Shown here piece by piece: positions 1-12,900 of a stretch of 64,000 nt of DNA. The DNA is from Octopus sinensis (Eukaryota): assembly GCF_006345805.1 (NCBI RefSeq), contig NC_043004.1:79670001-79734000 (forward strand), in the 5' to 3' direction. The notes under the pieces were generated by a model. That model did no database searches and had not been told where the DNA came from. It saw nothing but the letters and a program-made list of their open reading frames with translations. Every line of letters begins with the position of its first letter. Position 1 is the first letter of the stretch. The translations under genes and the position numbers were made by a program.

Positions 1-402
1 AATATCTTTTTTTTTCAGACATTTATAAACAAACTGACATAGGCACACACCGACATGCATAGAGGGTTTCTTTCAGTTTACGTCTACCAAATTTATTCAC
101 AAAGCTTTGGTCAGCCCGGGACTATAGCAGAAAACACTTACTCAAGGTGTCATACAGTGGAACAGAACTCAAAGCCACCTGGTTGCGAAGTGTATGTCTT
201 ACCTACACAGCCATAACCACCTGTCTTTATCAATATTAATACGAGACGTTAAGTAGGGAAGTAACAAGTTGTGAAAACTACCTTTAATTAAGAGGTGAGA
301 GGTGGGTAAAATAATATAAACAGTATCTAGCATATTAAAAAGTTACGAAATGTATCTGTGTATAAGAGTATTTTTTCACCTTAAAAAATGGGTTGTTTTA
401 TG

Positions 403-535
403 CACTAGCGTGTGGACCGCCCACGGCGGCCCTCCGTTTGCCGGAGACCACAAAAAACATTGCCTACAGCAGACCCAAAAGTGATTCCCCTTTAAAAGTG
501 CCGCCCGAGGTGGACGCCCCATCTCTACGCTAGTG
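403..535. mobile_element. Short GC-rich MITE
   Basis: Terminal inverted repeats CACTAGCGT / ACGCTAGTG; flanks gttttatg / atcttatg resemble a decayed 8-bp TSD. Confidence 0.5.
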
Positions 536-599
536 ATCTTATGCCCCAGGTGTAAAAATGCGAGCCTTATATTCTAAGGGTAACAGTTGGGGCTTACCT

Positions 600-1245
600 G
601 CCCTCTGTTTTGTTTCCTCAAAAACTGCCTGAAAAAAAGTGATATTTTCTAATGACATTTGCTACAAATGAGCTTCAGACGGCATAGATTCCGGATTATA
701 TTGGAATTTCTTGTGAAAATAATTTTCCGGGGGGTGAAGAGAGGAGTTTTATATGATTCACATCATGGGCTTTGTTTCCTCATAACTTTTAGAAAAATGG
801 GTAATTTTTTCTGAATCTTTCCACAAATACCTTTCAGAGTGTGAAGATAATGATTTTATCGGAATTTAATTTGTTAAAAAAAAAAAAAAAGGTCGGCTGA
901 CACACATCACATACGTCTGTAAAACTTGAAATTTGGAAAAAAATGTGATGTGTTGTGTGTGTCCACCATTTTCCTTTTTGCATTGGATTTCCAATATAAT
1001 CATAATTTACACACTCTGGAAGGTATTTGTAGAAAATTTCATTTAAAAATTACAATTTTTCTGAAAGTTATGAGGAAACAAAGCCAACTCGTGTGAATCT
1101 TCTGAAACTCTTCCCACTCTCACAGGAAAACATTTTCGCAACAAATTCCAATAATATCGGAATCTGCTTCATCAGAGGCATATTTGTAGAAAATTTCATT
1201 AAAAAAATATACATTTTCCTGTGAACTATGAGGAAACAAAGTTGG
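600..1245. mobile_element. Foldback/MITE-like element with long, internally duplicated inverted repeats
   Basis: About 770-870 (gctttgtttcctcataactttt...caaatacctttcagagtgt) is the reverse complement of about 990-1086, and the motif recurs at about 1140-1242. Confidence 0.55.
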
Positions 1246-2689
1246 TGGGGTGGCACACTTGTGTAGGTATGGCACGATTGGTAGTAGGGAACTTACTCCT
1301 GCCTTAGTAACCACCAACGTTTCATGCCTATATATAGCTTACTGTTCATTTTATTCACCCACGTTTCGGTAATTACAAGAGACTAGGAAAAGTTCATTTC
1401 CACATAATGACACAGCTTGTTAATAATTTGCGAATTGACAGTCATTAGAACACTGGATAGATTCCTTTGCAGTCCTTGATTCAGTTCTCTGCACTCTGAG
1501 TTCAAACAGCCCCTTGGTCAACTTTGTCGTTCATCCTCCAGGGGTTAAATACAATCCCAGTCCTGTACTGAGTCAATCCCCAGCTCCACCATCTCTCTCT
1601 CTTGGAAGGTATCAACTGTGGTCAAACATGGAAAGAGCTGGACATCCCCAGGTGTCTACGTATGCGCATAATATGCCATATGTCACAACAGCTCCTTTAT
1701 GACCTCATAAATTAACCCTTTTAATGTCAAACTGCTTAGGACTGCCCCTTGTTCTGCGATACAAACTTCATGTTTAAAATGGTCTGAATTAAACTTTCCA
1801 TCCAAGTTTTATATTAAATTATATTTCAAACAACCAGCTTAATAGTGAGAAAGTTATTTACTAAATTCTTCATTATTATTTAACATCCATTTTCCATGCT
1901 GGCATGGGTTGGATAGTTTGACAGGCGCTGACAAGCCAGAGAGCTGCACCAGGCTCCAGTTGTCTGTTTTGGCATGGTTTCAAATGGCGGATGCCCTTCC
2001 TAATGTCAACCACTTTACAAAATGTACTGAGTGCTATTTATGTGACACCAGCACTAGTGCTTTTTACAAAGTTAATAGAACCAAATGTTGTGTATTTCAG
2101 TAGAAATATCATATCAAAAGGGGTTAAGGGCACAAAGCTGATACCAATGCATGTTATGCGTTTTCCCCTTCAAGTTATATTAAATCTGATCCCCACAACT
2201 TTTGCAAATTTTCTTGACAAAGTAAACCATCCCAAACATTTAAATTTAGCCACTGAATATTTGAGATTTTAGAGGAAGTTGATAATAAACCTCCCCAATT
2301 GAATTGCTTTGAAACTTTTGCTTTCCTCAGTCAGAGAAAATGGGAGGGTTTTAAACTAGACACATCTGTTTAGAAATTAATAACTATATGTTTCTACACC
2401 TGTTCATACAAAACCCTTTTAAAAATTAGTATATGGAAGATTCTTTCTCAAATATGTTTATATAACTTGTTGAATCATGTGTTTAACAGCTGAATAGTAT
2501 CCAAAGTACTCGAGAAATTCTTGAAGATTGGTCTTGATGACTTAATTAAAACTGCAATATCATTTGATGACACTTCACCAAATGTTGTGCCAATGTATCT
2601 TTACAGTCTGTTGGAGTTTTTCCTGTGGTTTTTAACTAATTCTACGAGTCAGTTTTTTTTTTTAGTATAAATTAGATTTTGAGCATACT

Positions 2690-2898
2690 CTTGTTTCAAT
2701 CATTTTGACTGCGGCCATGCTGGAGCACCACCTTTAGTCAAGTAAATTGACCCCAGGACTTATTCTTTGTAAGCCTAGTACTTATTCTATTGGTCTCTTT
2801 TGCCGAACCACTAGGTTACGGGGGACATAAACACACCAGCATCAGTTGTCAAGCGATGTTGGGGGGACAAACAGACAAACATATACACACATGCATAC

Positions 2899-2937
<39 letters not shown>

Positions 2938-3100
2938 GGGCTTCTTTCAGTTTCCATCTACCAAATTCACTCACTAGGTTTTGATTGGCCCGAGGCTATA
3001 GTAGAAGACACTTACCCAAGGTGCCACACAGTGGGAATGAACCCGGAACCATGTGGTTGGTGGTTGGTAAGCAAGCTACTTACCACACAGCCACTCCTGC
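2690..3100 (-). mobile_element. tRNA-derived SINE, family A (head GGAGTGGCTGTGTGGTAAG, CORE-like CCTTGGGCAAGTG, central (TA)n)
   Basis: Similar copies at about 10965-11335(-), 14616-15010(+), 16990-17330(-), 24212-24585(+), 26180-26778(-), 36005-36378(-), 44794-45195(+), 45250-45632(-), 60507-61810(+, interrupted) and 63355-63960(+). Confidence 0.85.
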
Positions 3101-3969
3101 ACCTTCTGAATTAAAAAAAAAACCTGTTCACTCTTGGCTTACCAATATTTCAAATTGGTATGTTTATGTGAAAGGAGATTCACTGTTGAATTAGTTCATA
3201 GATATTGACATGGAAATGTTTGTACGATGTTGTATGGGAGTTGTGTTGCAAATCATCATCATTTAATGGCCATCTTCTATGCTGGCATTGGTTGTGATGG
3301 GTTGACGGGGGCTAGGAAGCCAGAGAGCTGTACCAGGCTCAATTGGCTGTTTTGTCATGATTTCTACTCCTTCCTATTATCAGCCACTTGACAGGATGTA
3401 CTGGATGTTTTTTTTTGTGGCACCGATACCAGTGCTGTTTACATAGTGCCAACTGATTTGTGTATATGTATCAGTAGATATTTGGGGAAAATACCTGAAT
3501 ATATAAAAGTTCTATTACTGCTGAGATGCTTGCATGATCTCTTGTAAGATTACTATGTTAATCAAGTATACTCCAAATTAGCAAGGTATTGCTAATTAGC
3601 ATAGCATTTTCTTATTTTTTATTTTTATATAGTGGTCGTATACTGTCAACTCAATATGACAGTCCCATAAGGGGATTACACCACCGCCATTTAGCCCTAG
3701 GAAACATCGTCTCCTGTCGGCTTTGACACATTTTCTGTGTCCTTATATTTGCAAAGGGGAGGCAATCACCCCCGAAAGCCGGGACAAAATGTAGTGTATG
3801 TGTGATTAAGAGGTTAACTTTCCAACAATCTGATTTCAAGTTCAATCTGGTTCCTTGGGGAAGTGTCTACTTCTATAGCTTGGGGCCAACCAAAGCTGTG
3901 TGAGTGGATTTGGTAGATGGAAACAGAAAGGAGCCAATGTGTGTGTTTATGTGTGTGTCATTGTTTTGA

Positions 3970-4448
3970 CAGAGTGGCTAACTGGCTTCCGTGCCAGTGG
4001 CACTTAAAAGGCATCATTTAAGCGTGGTCACTACCAGCGTCGCACTACTGGTACTCGAGCCCCGTGCTAGTAGGGTATTAAGAGCACCATCCGAGCGTGA
4101 TCGTTGCCAGAGCAGCTATCTGGCCTCCGTGCCGGTGGCACGTAAAAAAGCACCATTCGAGCGGGATCGTTACCAGCATCGCCTTACTGGTACCCACGCT
4201 GGTGGCATGTGTAAAAGATTCGAGTGAGGTCGTTGCCAGTGCCACCTAACTGGCCTCGTGCTGGTGGCACGTAAAAGCACCCACTACACTCTCGGAGTGG
4301 TTGGCGTTAGGAAGAGCATCCAGCTGTAGAAACTCTGCCAGATCAAGATTGAAGCCTGGTGCAGCCATCTGGTTCGCCAGTCCTCAGTCATATGTCCAAC
4401 CCATGCTAGCATGGAAAGCGGATGTTAAACAATGATGATGATGATGAT
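3970..4448 (+). mobile_element. SINE-like family B (GGTTGGCGTTAGGAAGGGCATCCAGCTG core, (GAT)n tail, internal ~60-bp tandem units)
   Basis: More than 20 copies in both orientations, e.g. about 5140-5317, 8500-8690, 11515-11865, 13230-13553, 23420-23977, 31800-32203, 35250-35482, 39500-39690, 40228-40510, 41090-41520, 55325-55703 and 61390-61575. Confidence 0.85.
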
Positions 4449-5329
4449 TACAGATAAACATCACCATCATACAAGTAGTGTCCTTCCTTTCTGATCTTCC
4501 ATTGAAGACGTATCCAGTTCTAGAGAAATGTCACTTTATTTGAAAACAAGCGAGGGTTGAAGACAAGAATGACATTCACCTGTAGAAAATTTGCCTCAGT
4601 GAAATCTGTCTGACCCATGCAAGCATGGAAAAAGTGGACATTAAGGACACTGATGATGAATTCTTCCCTGAATTTGCTGGCAGTCCTGACATTCCATAGA
4701 ACACCCATATGTATGACTTGAATTGCTCTCTTTTATCTGTACCTGACTTTATTAGCAGACAACAAATGGTGTAACACTTTTCCCAGTGGCTTTTGCACAG
4801 AAAAATGGCATTTATGGTTCAGCATTCTTATATAAATGTAAACTTCATCTCATCAAAGTTGACCCTTGTCCTGCACTCACATTACAATGCCTGTTATCAT
4901 CGTTATTCACCGTTTATTTTGATATCCACTTTTCCTTGCTTGCATGGGTCGGACGGAGTTTATGTTCTATGTTCTCCCTGTTGCTAACCCTCACCTATTT
5001 CCAAGTAAGTATTTCCCTATGGCTAGACATGTTCTCATAGAATGTTGGGAAATGGGTGACACTGCCTGTATATCAGGGACGATCATTTACAACTATTATG
5101 TTGTAAAACAAGGAGACAGGAACACACACACATATATATCATCATCATCATCATTTAACGTCCGCTTTCCATGCTAGCATGGATTGGATGCATGACTGAG
5201 AGCTGGCGAACCAGATGGCTGCACCAGGCTTCAGTCTGATCTAGCAGAGTTTCTACAGCTGGATGCCCTTCCTAACGCTAACCACTCCGAGAGTGTAGTG
5301 GGTGCTTTTACGTGCCATAACTTGTTTAC

Positions 5330-6180
5330 CCAAGTTGTAGCATTATCTCCTTTGAAACAGTTACCTTGCACTACAATACACCCGTCTCAGTGTTCCTGCC
5401 AGTTTTGCAATCCAGTCTGGAGCTCGTTTTCCATGAGCCAATTGAGGACATTCTGCAATTTGCTCTGGGCCTCAGCAACACCGTTAAAATGGTGACCTCT
5501 GATCTGCATCTTCATCCTGGGTAAGATGGAAGTCCACAGGTGCTAAATCTGGCAAATAGAGGGGCTCCGGAAGTGATACCATGTTATTCTTGATGAGAAA
5601 CTCCAAGTGAAGAGAGCTCGGTCACATGGTGCATTGTCATCGTGAAGAATCCAATTCTTCGCGCTTCACTGATCTGGTTGCTTTCGCCGAATGTCTTCCC
5701 ACAAACGCTTCAAGACGTCATTGATTCTCCTCCAACAATTAAGCAGAAGCTGATGAATTTTCTGCACATTTCCGGAGGCGACACCTGTGGCAGGTCTTCC
5801 AGATTGCTCATCGTCTTTCAGGGACGGTCTTTCGATGTTTGAAGCACCTGTGCCACTTGAAACGTTGAGCACGACCCATTGCCTTGTCGCCGTAAGCTTG
5901 CTGAAGCATGCACAATGTCTCTGTAGCAGAATTTCCAAGTTTAATGCAAAATTTCACGTCGGTTCTTTGTTCCATCTTCCTGTCCATTACATAAATCACA
6001 GATGACAGCATACACGTAATCACAAGAACACATATTTCACAACATGTGAAGTAAACACAGTGATGTCACTCGGCACACTGCCTCATGAAGGTCACTGCTG
6101 GCTCTCACTGCTCACACAACCATGTGCTGCCATCTGTTGGCACACAACAGAACTAGTCTAGCAACTTTTTGATACTATCT
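5330..6180 (-). mobile_element. Degenerate mariner (Tc1/mariner) transposon with transposase pseudogene
   Basis: Frameshifted ORFs read MEQRTDVKFCIKLGNSATETLCMLQQAYGD (mariner HTH), DDEQSGRP, VLKRLWEDIRRKQPD, then WILHDDNAP and PDLAP-like motifs. Confidence 0.85.
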
Positions 6181-6866
6181 CATATATATATCATCATCAT
6201 TGTTTAATGCCTGCCTTCCATGCTAGAATGGGTAGGATTTTCTCTCTCTCTATCTCTATCTCTCTCTCTCTATATATATATGTATATATAAATATATATA
6301 TATATATATCACTGTGACCGACCAGGCTGTCAGATGTTGCTACACATCACTGGTCACAATGCGCTCACATTGTTTTAGCCTTTGAATGACGCCACCCAGC
6401 TGGTTAAGCGAGCAGGCCAAGAGAAGGAAGAGTGACAAATTTGTGCCGAAAGAGTACAGCAGGGATCACCACCATCCCCTGCTGGAGCCTCGTGGAACTT
6501 TAGTTGTTTTCACTCAATAAACACTCACAATGCCCAGTCTGGGTATCGAAACTGTGATCCTACGACCGCAAGTCCACTGCCCTAACCACTGGGCCATCGT
6601 GCCTCCACTATATATATATATATCATCATCATTTAACATCTTTTGTCCATGCTGCATGGGTTGGATGGTTTGACTGGGTTGGCAAGCTGGAAGGCTGCAC
6701 CAGACTCCAGTCTGTTTTGGCATGGTTTCTACAGCTGGATACCATTCCTAACGCCAACCACTTTCAGAGTGTAATGGGTGCTTTTATGTGCCACCATACA
6801 TGTATGTGTATGTGTGTGTGTGTGTACATAATTCTTCATAGAATTTTCTTACCATTTCTTTTCCAG

Positions 6867-6951
6867 GTGTATTCTTTGGATTAAAATATGTCCAATACAA
6901 AGTTGCAGAATTTCGAGTGAAAGAGGCCAGAGCAAATGCCATATATGCCAG
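6867..6951 (+). CDS. PEX3: PEX3 exon (GVFFGLKYVQYKVAEFRVKEARANAIYAR)
   Basis: ttttccag| ... |gtaaat; end of the membrane anchor region. Confidence 0.88.
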
Positions 6952-9900
6952 GTAAATTAATGAAGCTAAAAGATAACGAGCTTAATTAATATTTATGATT
7001 GATGCATTCATCATATTTGTCCAATTTGTAGAAAACATGAAAGGAACAAGTATGAAGGTGGTGATGTTGATGTCTTACTTGTTTCAGTCATTAAACTGTG
7101 GCCATGCTGGGGCACCAGCTTGAAGAATTTTTATTCAAACGAATTGATCCCAGTACTTAATTACTCATTTTTTTGACTTAATGTCTTTTTTGCTGTACTG
7201 CTAAGTTATGGGGACATAAATGCATTGTTAAGCAATGGTGGAAGACAAACACAAAAACACACACATAGATATATAAATATATATAATATATATATAATAA
7301 TAATAATAATAACGACGTGCAACCAAGAGAATACTCTCCATCAGGCATTTGCCATATTCTGAATGCCTTACTTCCCTGGGCATGTACACATTGAAACTCC
7401 GACATCTGGCAGCTGACTTGGCAGAGACCTATAAAATTATTAACCATCTTACAAACAATAACTCTGAGCACCTTTTCAAACTCCACCTGTCTAACACCCG
7501 TGGACATGTTTACAAAGTCAGAAAATAGCACAGCTCCCATGATTTCAGAAACATTTTTTTCACACTAAGAGTTGCTGAAGCATGGAACAAACTGCCGGCA
7601 TCAGTTGTTAGTTGTCGGAGTACTGCATCCTTCAAAACTTCCATGCTTCTTGAGATTTGCTAACACTACACCTGATTTTCTCCCTCCCCTCCATGCACAC
7701 GCAAGCATGTATCTGACTTATACACTGTTCACTTTCCAGACATTTGTACATTACTGCATATACTTTATACACACTTTTGACAAGTTGTGGTGCACCTGAG
7801 CACTGTATACAATAATTTCATTATTATTATTATAAATATATATATATATTTATGTATGTATAAACAATGATATATAGTGATTAACAAAAATATCAATAGA
7901 ATTGTTTTTATAACCTGATTGCAATCCCGAAATTGTTTTTGAAGAAATATTTAGAGAAGCTATTTTTGAAATGGTTTATTGCAACAAAATTGTAATAAGA
8001 ACTGAATTTCACATGGTGTATTTCTATTTAGTCCCTATATATAACTAGTTTAAGGAGAGTTTACAAAAAAAACAGAAGACAAAGACAGGTTGTGTACAAA
8101 ACAAACAGATGTATTAGTATAATGCTCAGGAATAGAAAGTCTTTTACGTTTCGAGCCAACGCTCTTCTACAGAAAGGGACACAGAAAAAAACAAGGAGAG
8201 AAAAAAATGCATGTAGTGGCTACCGATCTATCATGGTAACTGAAATATAAATAGTTTAACCTTTTTGTTACCATATTTTTCTCGAAATACACTTTGTTTC
8301 AATTAATTTTGAAAATAATAAATTTAGTAAAATTACTTCAGCTGGCGTTTGGAACATAAATCAACAGGAAATTTGGGTGAAAAGTTTTAATTTAGAACCC
8401 ATTAAAAAGGGGAATTTATATCAGAACTAGGGGTAGTCTTAGGTGGGTTGGGACCAAAATGGTTAAGCTGCTGGTTATGATAGTCTGGGCATTTTAATAA
8501 ATCATCATCATCGTTTAACGTCCACTTTCCATGCTAGCATGGGTTGGACAGTTCGACTGGGGTCTGGGAAGCCAGGAGGCTGCACCAGGCTCCAGTCTGA
8601 TCTGGCAGTGTTTCTACAGCTGGATGCCCTTCCTAACGCCAACCACTCCGTGAGTGTAGTGGGTGCCTTTTACTTGCCACCGGCACGGAAGCCATGTTTA
8701 TATATTTTGAAAATCATGAAGAAATTATTGAAATAATTTTGGGATTATGCTGATGTCTGGAATGAAATTTTGATGGAAGATTTTGATTTCACAGGAAGTT
8801 TGTATTGTAGAAACAGGGATGGTCCTGGTTGGGTTGATATCAAAAGAGTTATGAATTATTGCATAAATTCTTTCTTTCTTTCATGTATATTCTTCAATAA
8901 CCTTTCAGTGATTTCCTTTTATTCATTTAGTGTTACCATTTTCTCATTCTTCCACAGGAAGCAACATCACTTTACCAGTAATCAAAAAACATGCAACTGC
9001 ACAGGTAAATAAATTTTATTATTTTTCCCCTGTTAAATAAAGGCTCCTGGCTTAGTAGTTTGGAGTGGAGGTGCAATGGCCCAGTGGTTAGGGCAGTGAA
9101 CTTGCAGATGTAGGATCGCGGTTTCAATTCCCAGACCGGGCGTTGTGTTTATTGAGCAAAAACACCTGAAGCTCCATGACGCTCTCGCAGGGAGCAGTGG
9201 TGAACCCTGCTGTACTCTTTCATCACAACTTTCTCTCACTCTTTCTTCCTGTTTCTGTTGTACCTGTATTTCAAAGGGTCAGTCTTGTTACACTCTATGT
9301 CACGCTGAATCTCCCTGAGAACTCCGTTAAGGGGTACACGTGTCTGTGGAGTGCTAAGCCACTTGCATGTTAATTTCACGAGCAGGCTGTTCCGTTGATC
9401 GGACCAACTGGAACCCTTGTCGTCATGACCGACGGAGTGCCACAAATGGTTTGGACATTCAATTCAGCTCATAATCATAATGTTGAGGTTTTGAGCTCTT
9501 AACTGAGCAGTGTGTGCCCTTGAGCAAGGCACTTCATTCTACATTGCTCCAATTTACAGATTTTAAAATGAGTACCAGTTGAGTGTTGGTGCAGCTCCCT
9601 GTCTCTTTCCTGCTGTCACAGCCTTACTGTTCCACTGAGTTAAAAGCTGGGAGAGCCAACAGTGTGTCTGTGTCTGCACATGATTACATAAGCATCTATA
9701 GGAATTAACCATTGTGTAGTACATGTCACCAAACCATACTCATTCTACAAATAAGAGCTGGCTCTTCCTCATTTGTTTATAGTATTTCACTGTATGAGCT
9801 AAAAGCTGGCACTCTACCCTTTGGTTACAACAATGAGGGTTCCTGTTGATCTGATCAACGGAACAAACTACTTGTGAAATTAGCATTCAAGTGTCTGAGT

Positions 9901-12900
9901 ACTCCATAGACATGCATACCTATTTTTTTAATTCCGACAAGGGGCTAAACATAGAGAGGAGAAACAAGGACAGACAAACGGATTAAGTCGATTATGTAAC
10001 TGGTACTTATTTAATTGACCCCGAAAGGATGAAAAGCAAAGTTGACCTTGGCGGAATTTGAACTCAGAACGTAACAGCAGGCGAAATACGGCTGCGCATT
10101 TCGCTCAGCGTGCTAACATTTCTGCCAGCTCGCCACCTTTACATAGACTTGCATACCCTTAACATTACTCTCGGGGAGATTCAGCATGACACAGAACGTG
10201 ACAAGGCTGGTCCTTCAAAATGATGGTACTCTTCATTTTGCCAGTTGAATGAAGTAACATGAAATAAAGTGTCTTGTTTAAGGACACAATGCACTGCTGG
10301 GTATTGAACTCATGACCTTATGATTGTGAGCAAGATACCCTAGCCACTAAGTCATGCACCTTCTCACTTTGGTGCATAATGGTTGGTGGATGTAGGCAGA
10401 TACTTGCAATACAATAAGACTATGGAAGAAATAACGAGAAAAAACAGTAAGAATCGGGTTCTCTGAGAGAAATTATGTAATGCAGACCAAGACTGATTTT
10501 GTGTCATTTTAATCATGTGACTGGTTTATAACGGTATTTTGAAACTGCTCATAGATGTCTGTTTTCTCTTCCAACAGCCTTATCAATGCTACCAAACCTT
10601 AGGGAATGCCTTCTGAATGCTATTGACACAGAAACTCTTACAAGGCAGCTTAAAATCAGGTATACATTTTTGTCATAGTCACTTAGTAATTATATATTTA
10701 GTTACTGTGTATGTTGTCTTTTTGTCTTGGTATTGTGGTGTGATAATTGTAAATAAGTCTCACTGTCATACAAGCAACAACATTCATTTCCAGTCATGTC
10801 TGGCTGTGGAGAATATTACTTTGCTTGGAAGTAGACGAGGTTTCAGTGGTGACAGGAAGGTCATCTTGCTTTTGAAATCTACCTTGATAAACTCTATCCA
10901 AACCATGTAAAACCATTAAAATGATGATAATGATACTGAGTTTCATACATATATTCTTTTACTCTTTTCAGTCATTTGACTGTGACCATGTTGGAGCACC
11001 ACCTTTAGTCGAGCAAATCGACCCCAGGACTCATTCTTTGTAAGCCTAGTACTTATTCTATCGGTCTCTTTTGCCGAACCACTAAGTTATGGGGACGTAA
11101 ACACACCACCATCGGTTGTCAAGCGATGTTGGGGGGGACAAACACTGACACACACACACACACACATATATACGACGGTCTTCTTTCAGTTTCCGTCTAC
11201 TAAATCCACTCACAAGGCTTTGGTCGGCCCGAGGCTATAGTAGAAGATACTTGCCCAAGGTGCCACATAGTGGGACTTAATCCGGAACCACGTGGTTGGT
11301 AAGCAAGCTACTTACCACACAGCCACTCCTACACCTATATTTACTTTTAGTTCTTGTTACTCAAATTCAAATAAACATATATTACATGTATTGAGTACTT
11401 TCTCCTCCATTTGTAAGGCAGGTTCACTTGGGCCAAAGAGAAGCAGGAGTTGAGTGTTGAGTTGTGGCCTAAAGTGGTGAATTGGTCATTAAACTATGTA
11501 GGTAGGAATGTTTCCCGTTGCCAGAGCAGCCAACTGGCTTCTGTGCCAGAGGCACGTAAAAGGGCACCATTCGAGTGTGATTGTTACCAACGTTGCCTTA
11601 GTGGCACCTGTGCTGGTGGCATGTGTAAAAGGATTCAAGCGAGGTCGTTTCCAGTATTGCCTGACTGGCCCCCATGCCGGTGGCACGTAAAAAGCACCCA
11701 CTACACTCTCGGAGTGGTTGGCGTTAGGAAGGGCATCCAGCTGTAGAAACTCTGCTAGATCAAGATTGGAGCCTGGTGCAGCCATCTGGTTCGCCAGCCC
11801 TCAGTCAAAATCGTCCAACCCATGCTAGCATGGAAAGCGGACATTAAACGATGATGATGATGATGTGTCCATCTGGCTTTATGTCCATTTGGTATTGTGT
11901 CTGTTCAGCTTTATGTTCATTCGACTCCTTGTTTTTTGGCAAGAGTGCATTCGGCATCCAGTCTGCACATGTCTGAAGACTGCATCGTGCCCTAGGGTCT
12001 GTTTTGGTATTGTTTCTGCCGCTGGATGCCCTTCCAAATACCAGCTTCTTTACAGTGTGTGCTGGGTGCTAGTTTTGTGTCATTGGCACTTGTGAGGTCA
12101 CCGAGCATCTTGCTAGATTGTCAACCCCAAGGCAGTGGCTTTATGTGAGGAAATGAAGGGCTTAAAGTATGAGAAGGAGCCAGAGCAAAATGGGTATTTT
12201 ACTGTAGTGGAGCCACATGGATGGATACTCACATTTTAGAAGAGGTGGTGGGGTGGAGTGGGGAAGAGAGGAAATTTAAGCATGTGTGAATCCTCGTTGT
12301 GTGAGTAAAAGCGAAATGAGGAGGAGGAAGAGGAGCCAGTGGGGTGGGTAGGGGAGTAGGGGGAGGGTGTGTGTGAATATAATGGTCAAGTGTTGAGTGG
12401 ATGATAAATAGGGGAGGAAGGGAAGAGTAGGTGACAACTGTAGAGATTGGGTAGGGTCGAGGGATGGGTACAGTGAATGTGGAAAGAGTTGGGGGTGAAG
12501 AATAATGTTACAGTGGACAGGGGAACAAGGTGAGAGAGATGAGGTGGTGGGGAGGCAGTCTTAGCGCAATGAGAGAGTGAGCAGTATATGGTGGTGGAAG
12601 AGGCGAGATGATTTGGTGGTTCATGGTGGTGGTGCTGGCGGGGTGGAGGGGTCAGTGTAAGATGTTGGCAGAGAGGACAGTATCAAAAGGATGCTGGATT
12701 ATATAGTGAGAAGGATTAATGGAATCGAGGGGAAAGCGGCAGTTTGAGAGATGATGAGTAGAGGATGTCCTGAAAAGGAACTTGGTTGAGGGCCCAGGTA
12801 CACACACACACACACACACACACACAGCACTTTCAGAACTTAGTCTTGCTGTGTTGGGCTGATCTTCTTATGAACTGCAAATCACAAGATACACACACAC

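Noticed and set aside
1-6866. Search for PEX3 exon 1 (ATG plus basic RHKKK-like motif) and its promoter
   Set aside because: No convincing exon was found by eye; it is probably upstream of the window.
10660-10668. PEX3 donor GTATAC as a possible U12 GT-AG site
   Set aside because: It lacks the TATCCT consensus, and the acceptor has an ordinary pyrimidine tract with no TCCTTAAC branch site.
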